A DNA stretch of 64,000 bases, taken from Phoronis australis (lineage: Eukaryota > Animalia > Phoronida). This document shows, piece after piece, positions 12,592 through 25,200 of the stretch (position 1 is its first letter; every line of letters begins with the position of its first letter). The notes below the pieces were generated by a model. The model was not told the DNA's origin. It did no database searches and saw only the letters and a program-made list of their open reading frames with translations. The position numbers were made by a program, and so were the translations under genes. The DNA is taken from positions 576,272 through 640,271 of the forward strand of contig NMRA01000204.1 in the NCBI GenBank assembly GCA_002633005.1, written 5' to 3'.

Positions 12592-13423
12592 CGGCGGCGG
12601 ACCTAGGATATCACAAGGGGGGCCTAACATTTTCTCTGTAAACATTTGCGCAAAGCACGATTGTAGATGCACATAGCACCGAATGGGGGGAGCCCGGGAT
12701 TGGGATTTGCCCCCCTCCCGCCAGGAAAATTTTCTGTTTTTTTTGCTCTAAAAAATCAAGCATTTTCCATGATTTCTGAAGTATTATCCAAGAAAAAAGG
12801 CAAAGAAAAAAAACACGGAGAACGTGTCAAACTTGAAAAAGTGCAATTACCACAGACTCAAACTCATGGCCTGGCGAATGAAATGCACGCGCTTTACCAC
12901 TGCCCCACCACGATTTCACTTTTGTACTTTGATTCTAAGAGACCTACTTGTTTATGGTCCACAGCGTTTGCACGCAAAACCTACTTCTTTTTGTAATGCT
13001 TATTACACTTTTTATACTTTGTGCAATCAGTTCGTAACAAATTTTTTGTATTTAAAATATTCTTAAATTGCCCAAAAGACCAAATCAGTTTTTTGTATTG
13101 GCATTAATGACGCGATTGCTTTGGAAATCGTCTTGTGTTAAGGTTTTACAAAGAAAGAATTATGAGTTTCTGAGTGATTCACTAAGGCTTCAATTAAAAT
13201 TCACATCTTACCAGCAGCTTCTGATTTTTCATCGTCACTCAGATTCCATTTTCTTTAAAAAATGAAGTAAAATTTTCTTCATTGCGTAGTGAAGCAGACG
13301 ACGGAAACGGAGTCATAGTGCACAGCGCCACTGCTGGTAGTCGGGGGACATCTCGGGAGAGCCTATACTTAGCTATAGTTCCGTTACGATTGCGCCGTGT
13401 TCCGAATTTGACACTTGAAATTG
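12592..13423 (+). mobile_element. Non-autonomous DNA transposon, second copy of the 50153-51122 family
   Basis: About 800 bp of direct colinear similarity to 50153-50946, e.g. TAAGAGACCTACTTGTTTATGGTCCACAGCGTTTGC and GAGTTTCTGAGTGATTCACTAAGGCTTC. Right end not located. Confidence 0.85.
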
Positions 13424-15316
13424 TTGGTTTTTTATATCAATCTTCCCAGGCGCGTGGTGTGTACACTGAACTGTTGGCCTACCTAATGCTGATTCCGCTT
13501 TTTGACCTAGTTCAATTTGGGGTATATGAAACCTCATGTGCAAAATTGAAACATTTTAGTAATAATTATGTTAATTACACACTGTTCAGTTGACATTAGG
13601 AGTGGATGTTGAAATAACGAACATGGTTAAAGCATGTTTAAGTTATATTGACCATAAACACGTTTTCACTGAATAGACTAAGCGATTAAACGAAAAGAGT
13701 CAGATTTTCAAGACTCGCGATGTTTTCCACCTGTTTTCAGCTTCGACATATCGACTTAATTTGAACTTGTGAATATGCGTTCTGGAAAATGACTTGGTGA
13801 ATTTCACTGAAACTTTCCAATTTTAATATTTATAATTTATTAATCTCAAAAACACTGTCCTAGTTTCATTGTACTGTGCCATAGACGAATATGGCTGCTG
13901 GTTGTTTACAAGAACGCCTTAGGTTTTGAGGGTTTATTTCGCGTAGAAACCCAACTGACTAATTGAAAATTTTCTATCAGAGTTTTTTAAGATATTGTCA
14001 ATTTTCATTATAATCAACTGAAAGGTTATTTTTGCGATGAATATACCTTTGTAAAAAATGAAAATTTGACTTAAAAAGGGTTGCCACGTCATAATAAGTT
14101 TGAAGTATATGTATTTTTATAGTTTTACAGAAAACATAAACTTTTACGGGTTGACACAGCCTAGTTTTTCTGATAATTGACTTTGAATTAATGCTCCTCA
14201 ATAATTTGCTATATAACTGAGGCAACTATAGATTATTACGTGACGAAGTCGTTACCCCCCCCTGTATTCTAGAGCCCGAGTGAATTTTGGAGAATTATTG
14301 CCTAAGGGGATAACGATTGAGAACATGGAATAATCTATTCCACATACTGAACAAGAAACATTGCAATTGATCGATCTACCTTTCTCGACTCGCCTCAGCT
14401 TTGTAACTACTTTCTATGTCAGAGGCCCAGGGTCGGAGGTCGTGATCTTTTAAGAAAAGCCGAGTTATTTTTGTCAAATAATGTTTTTACTCAAAACCAA
14501 TTGAAAATTTAAACAAAATAGAAATAAAGTGAATCTATAAATTAAGGTTTAGCAGTTATTATAGTTTACTACACATTTCATCACGTTAAGCTTCGACCGG
14601 GAAAATATCGTCTGCTAAAACAGGTTACCACTGGTAACTGAGTATAATGCTCAAGTCAAAGGATCCCGACGACACGATATCCGCTTTCAAATTGGAGATC
14701 GGTGACTTAAAAGTGAGAGTTAATGAGAGAAAAAAATTACTGAATTAAAATATCGTATTTTATTGAAATTATGCGTATCATAGCGTATAAATGTCGGTAC
14801 AATGCCCTTTGTTGAACATGCGATTGTTGCGCGTGCTCATTTAAGTATTCTATTTTCACGTTCGACGACATCAGCTGGTGAGTGGTGCATTGGTAGTCGA
14901 CCAACTCAAAACTCTTGCGCCCGGGTTCGGGTTCGAAACTGGCCTCGGTTCCCGCCAAAACGTTAAATCTCACTAGTGAGATAACTAAATTGGTTATTAC
15001 AGGGTTGTATTAGCCATTACTGGCTAATATTGTGGTATAAGGTCATGTTAACTGGACTTTAAATTGTCTTTATTAAATCCTTGTGTATGCTGAAATATGA
15101 TGCCTGTTACTTAATTTCCTAAAAATTATACAATGCAGTTACAAAGAGCCCTTCTTTAAGATAAATTTCCCTGTGTCCAGAGTTAATGCACCATACTTCA
15201 TGAATCATGTTTCTGGCTTTTATTGCTTTGAAAGTGCTCATTGTGGGGAGACAGTCTTGTTTACCTGACAGCTGCCTTTTATTTGTGGGCTGACCAGCTC
15301 TATCTGGTGGTTACAG

Positions 15317-15529
15317 GTCACTGCACAAACTAAGACATGCTATGTAGCACTCACAGACTGTAGGAAGGATCCCAGTTGTGAGAAGTTCATGACACCAGCC
15401 AGCTGTCAGACCAAGCCGCACACAAAGTCTGGGATGGCCACAACAGCCAAAATGAAAAAGGCTCAGCAGAGTCCAAAGGGGAAAAACCTCTTTCAGAAAT
15501 CAAAGGCTATGGCCAGAGAAGTTTTGAAG
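15317..15529 (+). CDS. Probable upstream coding exon of the zinc-finger gene
   Basis: TTACAG|GTC...TTG AAG|GTAGGC; 213 nt open in phase 0 (VTAQTKTCYVALTDCRKD...KAMAREVLK); joins in frame to the acceptor at 19855. Confidence 0.65.
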
Positions 15530-17613
15530 GTAGGCCATCTCATTCTTGCTTAGACAGATTTCATATAGTACAGAAATTATGTTTTTATTAGGATGTCATG
15601 TTCCATGAGTTTGATTAAATTTAAACTGCTGTGTAACTAGCTTGTGGTCAATAACTTTTCATTATTTTCCACTCCACAATAAAACGGGATATGATTTATG
15701 TGCGTGGAAAGAAGTGACAATCTGTCATTGTTTGAACCCGTGTCCATTGCAAAACAATACACCATGACAAGCTGAATCAGTTTATTGATACTGGCAATTA
15801 CAGCAGTCTCAAATTTTCTCGAGCCCTGGAATCTCCCTTAATCTGAGTAATTAAGGAAGAGTTTGACATTTACTGAAAGTTGCTGCTTTTAGGTAATGTC
15901 AACCTTCACGAAGTCGTTTCACTTCTAACGGTTTTTAACTGTTCCTTTTCAACACATAAAGGTGTGGTACACTTTCTGAGCCTTTGGTGAATGGATAACT
16001 TAATTCATGTTGTGAATGTCACTCTGTCGATCATGAAATTCATGATATATTCATGATATATCTTACTTAGTATGTTGGTTTGATAGTATTATTGATACTA
16101 TTACTTTACTAGCAGACTGTTTACGTTCACAGTAACTTGGTTTGGCTTCCAGCTGAATCAGTGACCCATTGGGGTGCATCCATAGATGCTCCTAGTCTAT
16201 GGTGCATCCACACATGTTTTGATGAACTCTGTAGTAAACTGGATTATGTAATGGTCATTCACAGAATCATTACCTCAAGACAGCTGACCATTACCAAATA
16301 TGGCAACCACAATAGAGTGGTTCTTATGATTGCTGTGAAAGTTCCTAGAGTTGCTTACTGATATTTCCTGTAGAACTTTGAATCATGAAGTTCAGTGCAT
16401 GCAACCCACACACTTGTGACTTGTATACAAACATTTCACTTGTCTAATAAAGAGAGTCTTCACTTTGCTACTGCCACTTGCTATTACTAATGTAATTGAG
16501 TGTTCTACACTTAGTTAGGGAATACAACTGTCATTGATGAACCGAGATGGTCAGCGCACAAAGCTGCTGCTAAGCGCTCTTCTACTCCTTGACCTACACT
16601 ACGCACTTGGTCATTTATAGTTTCTTGATTATGAAGATTGGGACATGAGTGGTTTTTGACGTTCATTGTATTTCTCAAATGACGGACATTGTGTTGGTTT
16701 TCAACTGTCTGGTACTAGTAATAGACTTGTCAGTTTCTGAAAATTGTGCATAATAGTCGCTGGTACAACATTTTCATTGTTTTTTGAACATTGATCGTAA
16801 TTTTTGAGTTTGGGATGGTTCATATTATTTCTAAAATTAGGTACAAGCTCCGATCTTGAGCAAAGTAATTAGTTTTTCATAGTCCCGAAACTGGAGAGTT
16901 TTTACGGGAAAAATGAAAAATAAAATTTATGCAAAATTAAATATTCAACTTGATTTTTTCGAAAATGACAATATTGACATATTGTATGTATACATCAAAA
17001 GATTGGCTTACCTGCTGGAGCGTGAACCCGGGTTCCGACTTGGTAACACAACGGTCTCATCACTGGCACTTATTAATAAGCTGTTACTCCAAATACAAAG
17101 CGTGACACTGTGGCGATTACGCGAAAGTCAGAGAACATAATTACATTTTCTTTGTATAAATAGTGAAACCACAATCAAAAGTGGCAAATATTTCGAGTCT
17201 GTGATTGCTACTGCCAAGAAAAGGTGTGAGATATACACAAACCATCCACATCGATAACTATTGACTGCAACAACAGTTAATACATTTCACCGACGGTAGC
17301 TTTAAACGATGTGTACATAATCACCATTACTTGAACTTCCAGATTTACATTCTGCCCCCGATCATGCGCAAAATCGCACTGTCCAAAATGTGAGAATTAC
17401 GGCCAGTGCCGCTAAAATCGACATGTCCAAAATTTAAGAAATATGGTGAATGTCAAATTCGACCGTGTTCCAAATTTCAGAATAAAAAAATTCAGTTTAG
17501 GGCTGGATTTAGGTTCCAAAATTCGGGAGACTGTCCTAAATTTGGAAATCTTTACCTTACGTGACCCAATCAATGATAGACTGGTGTAAAATACAAAATG
17601 AAATTCTACTCAC

Positions 17614-19685
17614 TTTTTATGCATGTTATGCTGTCATCCCTGTCCAGCCGTCCGGCGTCTGCTGCTCTATCTTCAAAACTGTTCAACGTAGGCTCATGAA
17701 ATTTTGCGCACATGTTCCTTTCATGCATAGAATAGCATGAGCGGACTTTGGGATGGATCCGACTACCGGTGTGCCCCTTAGTGGCAATTTTAATTTTTTA
17801 CGTTTACCTCTGTATCTTCAAAGGTCCTTGCTTATATGCCAAATTTTTTGAAAACATGTCATGTTTTAGTCAGATGACGCCATCCTTTTGTTTTCGGATG
17901 GATTTGACGTAGTTTGCTCCACCTAGTGGCCATCTTTGCTGTTTTTGAGTCTGTTTTTTGGCGTCCACCCCTCTATCAACAAAACGCCTCTAAGGATGAT
18001 TGTGAAAATTGACATGTATGTTCTTACTATGAAAAGGATGGCTGACGATGATTTCCCGACGATTTCGATTAATGTGGCGCCTCCTAGTGGCATTTTTTCC
18101 CATGGCTGTATCTCCTGAACTGTTTGCAGGATCTTTACTAAATTTAGCAAATGTATTTATATGATGTTGACAACGAACGAAGGCAACTTTCTTACGGATC
18201 TGACTACCCGTGTGCCCCCTAGTGGCAATTTTAGATTTTTACGTTACCTCTGTATCTTCAAAGGTCCTCAATGTACTTTCATGAAAGTTGGCATATAGGC
18301 ATCTATTAGTGAGATGACGCTTTACTCTCGTTTTCGAATGGATCCGACATAATTTACGCCATCTAGTAGCCATTTTGCTGTTTTCGAGTCTGTTTTTTGG
18401 CGTTCACCCCTCTATCAACCAAGCCGTTCTAAGGATGATTGTGAAAATTGGCACATATGTTCTTACTACGAAGAAGATGGCTGACAATGATTTTCCGATG
18501 ACTTCGAGTACTGTGGCGCCTCCCAGTGGCAGTTCTGTTTTTTGCGCCCTTGGCTGTATTTCCTAAATCGTTTGTAGGGCCTTTACTAAATTTAGGAAGT
18601 GTATTTATTTGCTGTTGACAACAGATGACAACAACTTTCAGACGGATCTGACTCTCATTGTGCCCCTAGTGGCAATTATAGTTTTTTAGGTTTACCTCAG
18701 TCTGTATCTTCAAAGGTCCTCAACGGATTTTCAGAAAGTTTGGCATATAAGCATCTATTGGTAAGATGATACTATCCTGCCATTTTCGGATAGAATCAAG
18801 GTACTTTGCGCCACCTAGTGGCCACTTTTGCTGTTTTTAAGTCTGTTTTTGGCTTCCAAGTTCCACCCCTCGATCAACCAAGCCATTTTAAGGATGATTT
18901 TGAAAATTGGCGTATATGTTCTCAGTGTGAAGAGGACTGCTGACGATGACGAATTTGACTACTATAGCACCTCCTAGTGGTAGTTTTGTTTTGGTTTGCG
19001 CCCATAGCTGCATCTCCTAAATCCACTGCAGGATCTTTATTAAATTTAGTAATTGTATTAGATGAAGCTAACAACAGACGACGACGTCTTTCAGGCGCAT
19101 CCAATGAACACTGTGCCCCATATTGGCAATTTCATTTTTTCTGTTTTCTTTTGTTTCTCTGAAATTCCTTGACAGATTTTTATGAAATTTGGTAAATAGC
19201 TTTCTAATAAAAAAGCGATGGCATGTACCCGTTTTTAGATGGATTAGATGTTTTTGTGCCATCTAGTGGTCATTTTCATGAAACAAACGACCCTAGAAGC
19301 ACACCATTTGTGGTCCAGCGACGGATTTAGGGGGGGGACAAGGGTGCCATGGCCCCCCCCTAAAATTCTACCAGATACCATTTGGAGAGTTTGGGTACGA
19401 ATTGCTGACTAGCACATGCGCAACCAGGGGGGCTCGGGGGTTGAATAAACAATGCATAGGCCCTGAACTACCCCGGTACCGTTCTTTTTTTTTAGTTAAC
19501 AAGTCCGCGAACCCAAAATTCGAATTCGAAACCCTTGCATCCCTGCATCTTAAGCTGAGCGCGCGCATCTGCCGAAATTCTGATTATTCCTGTGNNNNNN
19601 NNNNNNNNNCCCCCTACTCAAAATCCTGGATCTGCCCCTGTGGTCCATTCTTGGGCGCATTTCAATGCTCCGCGTTGCTCATGTT
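17614..19685 (+). mobile_element. Helentron-associated (HINE/DINE-type) element with internal tandem array (about 150-bp subunits in about 445-bp trimers)
   Basis: T-rich start TTTTTATGC, GTCC-rich head, tandem units with GGATC(C/T)GACT at about 17755, 18196 and 18644, and a short 3' tail ending TTGCTCATGT. Shorter relative at 31329-31798. Family assignment is from architecture only. Confidence 0.7.
19316..19640. mobile_element. MITE nested in the HINE tail, 5-bp TSD
   Basis: CAGCGACGGATTTAGG ... CCTGGATCTGCCCCTG with TGGTC at 19311-19315 and 19641-19645; contains a 15-N gap. Confidence 0.8.
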
Positions 19686-19854
19686 ATATACATATATATA
19701 CCTTTACTGATGAATATTATAGTTGTATAAATATATATTGTTACTGTTAAATTATGTAGTAATTATAAGTAGTCGTCTGAATGTATCAGACTTGCTGATA
19801 AGATTTCTTTTAACCTTAAACATCCTGGGTGATCTACCTTGCTGTACTTTTCAG

Positions 19855-22296
19855 GTGAAGTGGGGTCCCCATAAGAAGATGAACTCTCACAAGCAGTGGG
19901 TATCTGCCCTGGGTCTTTCAGTCCCGGACACAAATAAGGACTTTGGTGTGGACTTCGCCAACATGCCCAGCCAGTTTATTGCTTCCAGCAGACAGTCACC
20001 AAGCCAAGCACTTCCTGCAACATCCCAGCAAGTCCAGTCTATTATATTATTAGATGAAATGCACGTCTCACCTGATTTAAATAAGGTCACTGAAGATGCC
20101 ACAAACTACTCTCGTCAGCCCACAGGAGATCCAGAAGTGCCACTGCCTGTTCCCACTGCTGATGAAGCTTCCAGAAGTCTTCTCACGGCACAGTCTATTC
20201 GGAGCGTGAAGACAGTTGGTCTCAAGTTCTTTACTCATCGCTGCCATATTTGCTTGGCTTCCTTCCGCAGTAAAGAGGCTGTGGTGGCTCATATTGAGGG
20301 ACCAGTCCATTCTAAACAGACATTAGCTAGTCCTTGCCATTGTCCATATTGCTACTTTCCTATTCATGCTGTGTCTATGCTCAAGGAACATTTACAGAAT
20401 TCTCACAGCCACGAGTTACAGCGAGGACTTATTACATATAGCGGGAAATCTGTTAGTGTTGATTACTCTAACGTTTTGAAGCCTGAAATGTATATGCAGG
20501 TGAAGCCCGATGATGTGTTCGCTTGCCAAGCGTGTGACCAAGACTTTGATAGTTTCCACATGATGCACAATCACCTGTTTACCAAACACAAGTCAATGAC
20601 TACCATTTTCTGCACCCTCTGTCAGACCACCATACAAGAAACAGATGTTGTCATACACGCCTTAAAACATTCCGACGTTCCTAATGCACATACTCACATC
20701 TACAATCGGTTTGATGGAGATATGTCATCGGCGTTCTTCATCATATCCAGGAATGTGGACGATGACCACCCATTGAACGCTGACCCTAAAGTCAAAGGTT
20801 ATAGGTGCAAGTTTTGCCTTTATGAGCATGACAATCTCAACCGATTCAAGTCACACATCGACGTCCATCTTGTTGCTAGCCCTGCCAAGTGTAACAACTG
20901 TGGGGACCAACTGAGGAACACTTCTGACGTCTACTTCCACTATCTCCAGCATGACAGCAGCTTGACTAGTATGTCACTGGAACGCTTGATCAGGTCTCAG
21001 TTTTGCTGTGGCCCTATTGATCAAGTTCGTGCACAAGTTTCTTCGCTTGATCATTCTGTTGCTGATGTTCTATCAGGGAATGCCCCCAAAGTTGATTTGC
21101 TTTGTGCAGCTGTCAACTCAACGGGCTCTTCAGACGGTGCTAGCTCTGGAGCAGGCTTAAAGGAGTATAGCCAGAGGCGGACTTATGTTAAGATTGGTAC
21201 AAATAGACTCAGTGCCCTTATCAACGAAGGTGACATTTGCAGTTCAAATCCGCGCATAGCAGGCCATAGAACACCTCTCGCTGCAGACAGTCGTCCATCA
21301 GAGAGCACTGCTAGTGGCAGATCAGCTGATGATGGTGGTGGGGATAAAAGAAATGACATGATGATTTGTGATAACTTACAGGGCGAAAGATGTGCAGAAC
21401 CTGTCCAGCGTGGTAGTGCGATGGTGTTGGACTGTTCAGACAAGCAAGAAGAGCCCATGGGCAAAGCCAAGAGCTGTCCTAGCATAAGTGGTGTTCCTAG
21501 CACTGATAATTTGCCTACAACGACAACCCAGGCTAGTGCTAAGAAGTTGCTGGACTCTTCGGCCGATCAAACAAAACAGTTGGGAGAATCAACCAGCAGT
21601 GTCGTGGATGTTACTCCAGGAATACCCGACAATGCATCAATGGGGACCTCCCAAGCCAACTTTGGGACAGTGCTGGAGTCCTCAGATAAGCATAGAGGTG
21701 GCTTTTCTATCAGACACGGTGATGTTGGTGCACAACCGCATTCAGATGCAGTCGGAGATTGTTGGCTTGTGTCTTCTGTAGTCCCAGCAGAGCCACAAAG
21801 ACAACAAAACTGCACCAGCTCAGTAATTGCAGCAGGGCTGATCATGCCTGGCATTCCTATGTCCCGTAGTTTCAACCAGATAAGACACGATCTCCAGCCG
21901 AGATCACGTCCTATACAGATAGCAGTGTCGGCTGCACAGGTGCCTAAACAATTCACGTTCTCCATCAACAACGTTAATTGTAAATTATGTAAAACGTTAT
22001 GCAAGCAACATCACACACCAAATATTCTAGACAAGCAACCTGCTGCTGAACTACAGAGTAAGTATGACACCCTCCAGGATGGGTCATCTGTAACTGGCAA
22101 ATCGTTTAAATGCTTGGTCTGTTGTTTCAAGACCGAGTACTGTATTGTGATTGAGAGACACGTCCTGTATCATGAACCTCTTAAACCCTGTGCTGCTGAT
22201 ATGAAGTTCAAGTGCTCTGTTCCTGGATGCCAGTTTGCCACCTCATTTCAGCTGTTGTATGATTTTCACACAACACAGGATCATGCTGTTGTCTAA
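19855..22296 (+). CDS. C2H2 zinc-finger protein, large terminal exon (about 8 fingers arranged in pairs)
   Basis: 2.4-kb ORF entered at acceptor TTTTCAG|GTG. Fingers include CHICLASFRSKEAVVAHIEGPVH, CPYC..H..H, CQAC..H..H, CTLC..H..H, CKFC..H..H, CNNC..H..H, CLVC..H..H and CSVPGC..H..H, with a Ser/Thr-rich spacer. No orthology recognised. Confidence 0.9.
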   Translation: MKWGPHKKMNSHKQWVSALGLSVPDTNKDFGVDFANMPSQFIASSRQSPSQALPATSQQVQSIILLDEMHVSPDLNKVTEDATNYSRQPTGDPEVPLPVPTADEASRSLLTAQSIRSVKTVGLKFFTHRCHICLASFRSKEAVVAHIEGPVHSKQTLASPCHCPYCYFPIHAVSMLKEHLQNSHSHELQRGLITYSGKSVSVDYSNVLKPEMYMQVKPDDVFACQACDQDFDSFHMMHNHLFTKHKSMTTIFCTLCQTTIQETDVVIHALKHSDVPNAHTHIYNRFDGDMSSAFFIISRNVDDDHPLNADPKVKGYRCKFCLYEHDNLNRFKSHIDVHLVASPAKCNNCGDQLRNTSDVYFHYLQHDSSLTSMSLERLIRSQFCCGPIDQVRAQVSSLDHSVADVLSGNAPKVDLLCAAVNSTGSSDGASSGAGLKEYSQRRTYVKIGTNRLSALINEGDICSSNPRIAGHRTPLAADSRPSESTASGRSADDGGGDKRNDMMICDNLQGERCAEPVQRGSAMVLDCSDKQEEPMGKAKSCPSISGVPSTDNLPTTTTQASAKKLLDSSADQTKQLGESTSSVVDVTPGIPDNASMGTSQANFGTVLESSDKHRGGFSIRHGDVGAQPHSDAVGDCWLVSSVVPAEPQRQQNCTSSVIAAGLIMPGIPMSRSFNQIRHDLQPRSRPIQIAVSAAQVPKQFTFSINNVNCKLCKTLCKQHHTPNILDKQPAAELQSKYDTLQDGSSVTGKSFKCLVCCFKTEYCIVIERHVLYHEPLKPCAADMKFKCSVPGCQFATSFQLLYDFHTTQDHAVV

Positions 22297-25200
22297 AGTT
22301 TGTGGCATTGCTCTTATGTGGCTTTGTTCATGAAGAAATTTTATACTTAAAAGTGGCTGTAGACCAGTGTTTTGTCGAAGATGAGTCCTGTGATTTGGAC
22401 CACTTACTGCTGTGAATTTGGTTTCAACTTCAAGGACCTGTAGTCAGCAAACTGCGCAGTCATTCACAGGGCTTCCCCTTATTCAATTTTGTATTTTAGT
22501 TTTGTATTTTATACAACATCAAGTAAACTCACTGTTACTACTACTACTAATACTATTATAAAAACTGACAGTTCGTTATTCCTTGAGAACATGCTGGTGC
22601 CTGAATGCCTTTCCTTTACAGGCCAACTTGGCAATCCCGTTCTCCAGTGCTAATGAAGTGTCAGTTCTTTTGAAACCCTAAATTACTTCTAAGTTGACTA
22701 AAGGACAATTTAGGACTGAATTCATCATGTATAGTCATCTGAATCAAAAATCGTTTTTCGGGATGCAAGTTAGGTTTATAGCCGCTGAGACTCAGGGGAT
22801 TATAAGTGCCTCAATTTATTTGTATTGCTTACAAAATTCCCCTTGTTTGCTTTAAAAATTGTTTTTTCCAATTACATCAGTTTCCCGGCTTTGTGTCTTG
22901 GAAGTATTTTGACTCCAAAATTTTTGAAATTCTGAAATCGTTTTGTGATGATGAAGTTGCTAAAAAGGTGTCAAATACATAATTACCCATGCATTCGTCA
23001 AAGCCGTAGGAAGCGAGGGGGGCCGGGGGGCACGGGCCCCAAAAAAATTTTCAGGCGTCAGGGTTAAACCGTGGCAATACGCTTGGAGCAGAGACAGAAA
23101 AGAAAGACTGCTAAATGCGGATAAGAGAGAAAATTCAAGAAAACATTTAACAACTCTGTATCAGTCCATGGTTTACCTTTTGAGAATCCCGGTCAGGACA
23201 TTGTTGTTGGGGCCCAGTCCGCTTTCGCAGCACAGGTCGTCTAAACGCACTTGAAAACGTGCACGTAATGATTCATGAATGTATTTCAAAAAATCAACAA
23301 AAAAAATGTAAAGCGAAGCTTTTGTGGAGCGTATTAATTCACTGGATTTTTAAATTCAATAAGTCAATTTTGCTACTGCAAAACCACATTTTTCCAGAGG
23401 CCCCTCTCTGGCAAGGGATAACGGAGACAACTGTCGCTTTTTTCTCGAAATGTATATCACTTGAGGAAAATTGAGGAACTGAAAGATATCATCAATTGCT
23501 GTACATTTCTTGACTTTTCAAAATATAGATATTTTCAAACTGAGGGGCCCCAACTTTGAAGGAGGCCATTGATAAAATTCAGTTGACCACCCTTGTTATA
23601 TTTTTATTGACAAATTCTTAAGGGTCCACTCAGGAACAGAGAGCCCAAAGTTGGACTTGATTAGGACTACGTCTAGTTTCCGTTTTTTGTGAAGTCGTGC
23701 AACCGACTTTCATGTTGAGGAAGGTCACTTCCTGCACCGTCGTCTGACCACTCCACGGTGGAATGAACTCACTCTTTTCCAAGCTTAATGATGTTTAGCT
23801 TTTCATAATTAAGGTGTCCTATTTCAGACGGGACCCTCTCTCGGTGGAGCAGTTATGAGAAATGTCTCTTTGTCCCTATATACATGTAAATCTGACACTG
23901 CCAAGAGGCAAGTTGTGATTCGAAATTCACCAAAAAACACAAAACACTCGTGCATAGCACAGCAGTATCAAGACATTCGACCCAAACAACCAAAAAATGT
24001 GAAAAGATACAATAGGATTGACCGCCATCGAAAGGGAGTCAAGAATTTAAAAGAACGTGAAGACCGCTGTTTGTTAATTACACAAAAGGACTATTTCCGA
24101 TGGTTAGTTATAAATAACGTTACTGTTTCCCATATTATCACAAGAATAGTATCTCTTTTGAAGATGGTTACTATGAGTTGTTTGTAAGGAATTCCCACAT
24201 GTGGAAAACACTGCTGTCGAGGCTACCATTCGGGTTAACGTGTACATGTCGAATGAGTGTACTCGAATACTCGCCAAGTTCAACTCCTGAACCGTTGTAG
24301 GTACCTCGTAATTGAGCAAAAATACATCTTACTATATGAATGTTTAGTCTCCATTTTCCCCTGCTTACCCGTCAAAAATCTGCGAGCGTACAAGCGGAAA
24401 ATGCTTATAACATTCCGTTGTGATCAACAAATTCGTTGGTTTCTGATCAACATGTTGATGTATCTGCTAAAACCGACAGGTTAATAGATGATTTTTTGCA
24501 ATTACAAGCTAATTTTTTAAGAAATGATTGCGATTCAGGGAATTAAGTTGAAGCCTGAATATGGAAAAAAACTCTATAATCCGAGCCCCAAATAGTAAAG
24601 TGCACTTGGAGGCTTTTTCTCTATCTAAAATAACTCTCAAAGACATTGATGCAATTTGGACACCTCCCAAAAATTTACTCACAATTCAATTGACAATAAA
24701 TGCATTGCTTTTTGACTTGTTGTTTAAACTCACTAACAGGGGATCAAAAAAGAATTAAATCAAGGTAAACGCATTGCTATTGGATTTGATTGTTGGGTTC
24801 TGATTTACATGTTTATGAATCTATGAAAATGGAATGATTGAGAGATGATTTTTTTGACAATAAAAAACTAATTTTGTAAGAAATAACATTGCTTCAATGA
24901 ACTTAGTTCCAGGCCGACATTGGGAAAATTCGATCTATCATCATATCCCCAAAAATAAAAGTATACTAAACATTTTTGCCTATATGAAATAAGTCTCATT
25001 GGAAATTGAATTCCGGACAGCTCTACAAACTTAGTAGGCCAAAACCGGGTCATTACGGCGTTTTCCCGTTGCTCGAGTCCCAACTTGTCCGATCTACGGC
25101 CCAACAACAAGTTGGGAAGAGCACCTTGCAGCCATTGTCTTACACGACTGATTAACTCTATTCTGGCATTGATGGTTGGAGGGCCAGCTCTCTTTTGTTC

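Noticed and set aside
19723-19854. N-terminus of the 857-aa ORF in the track
   Set aside because: AT-rich intron read-through from a non-ATG start; the real entry is the acceptor at 19854/19855.
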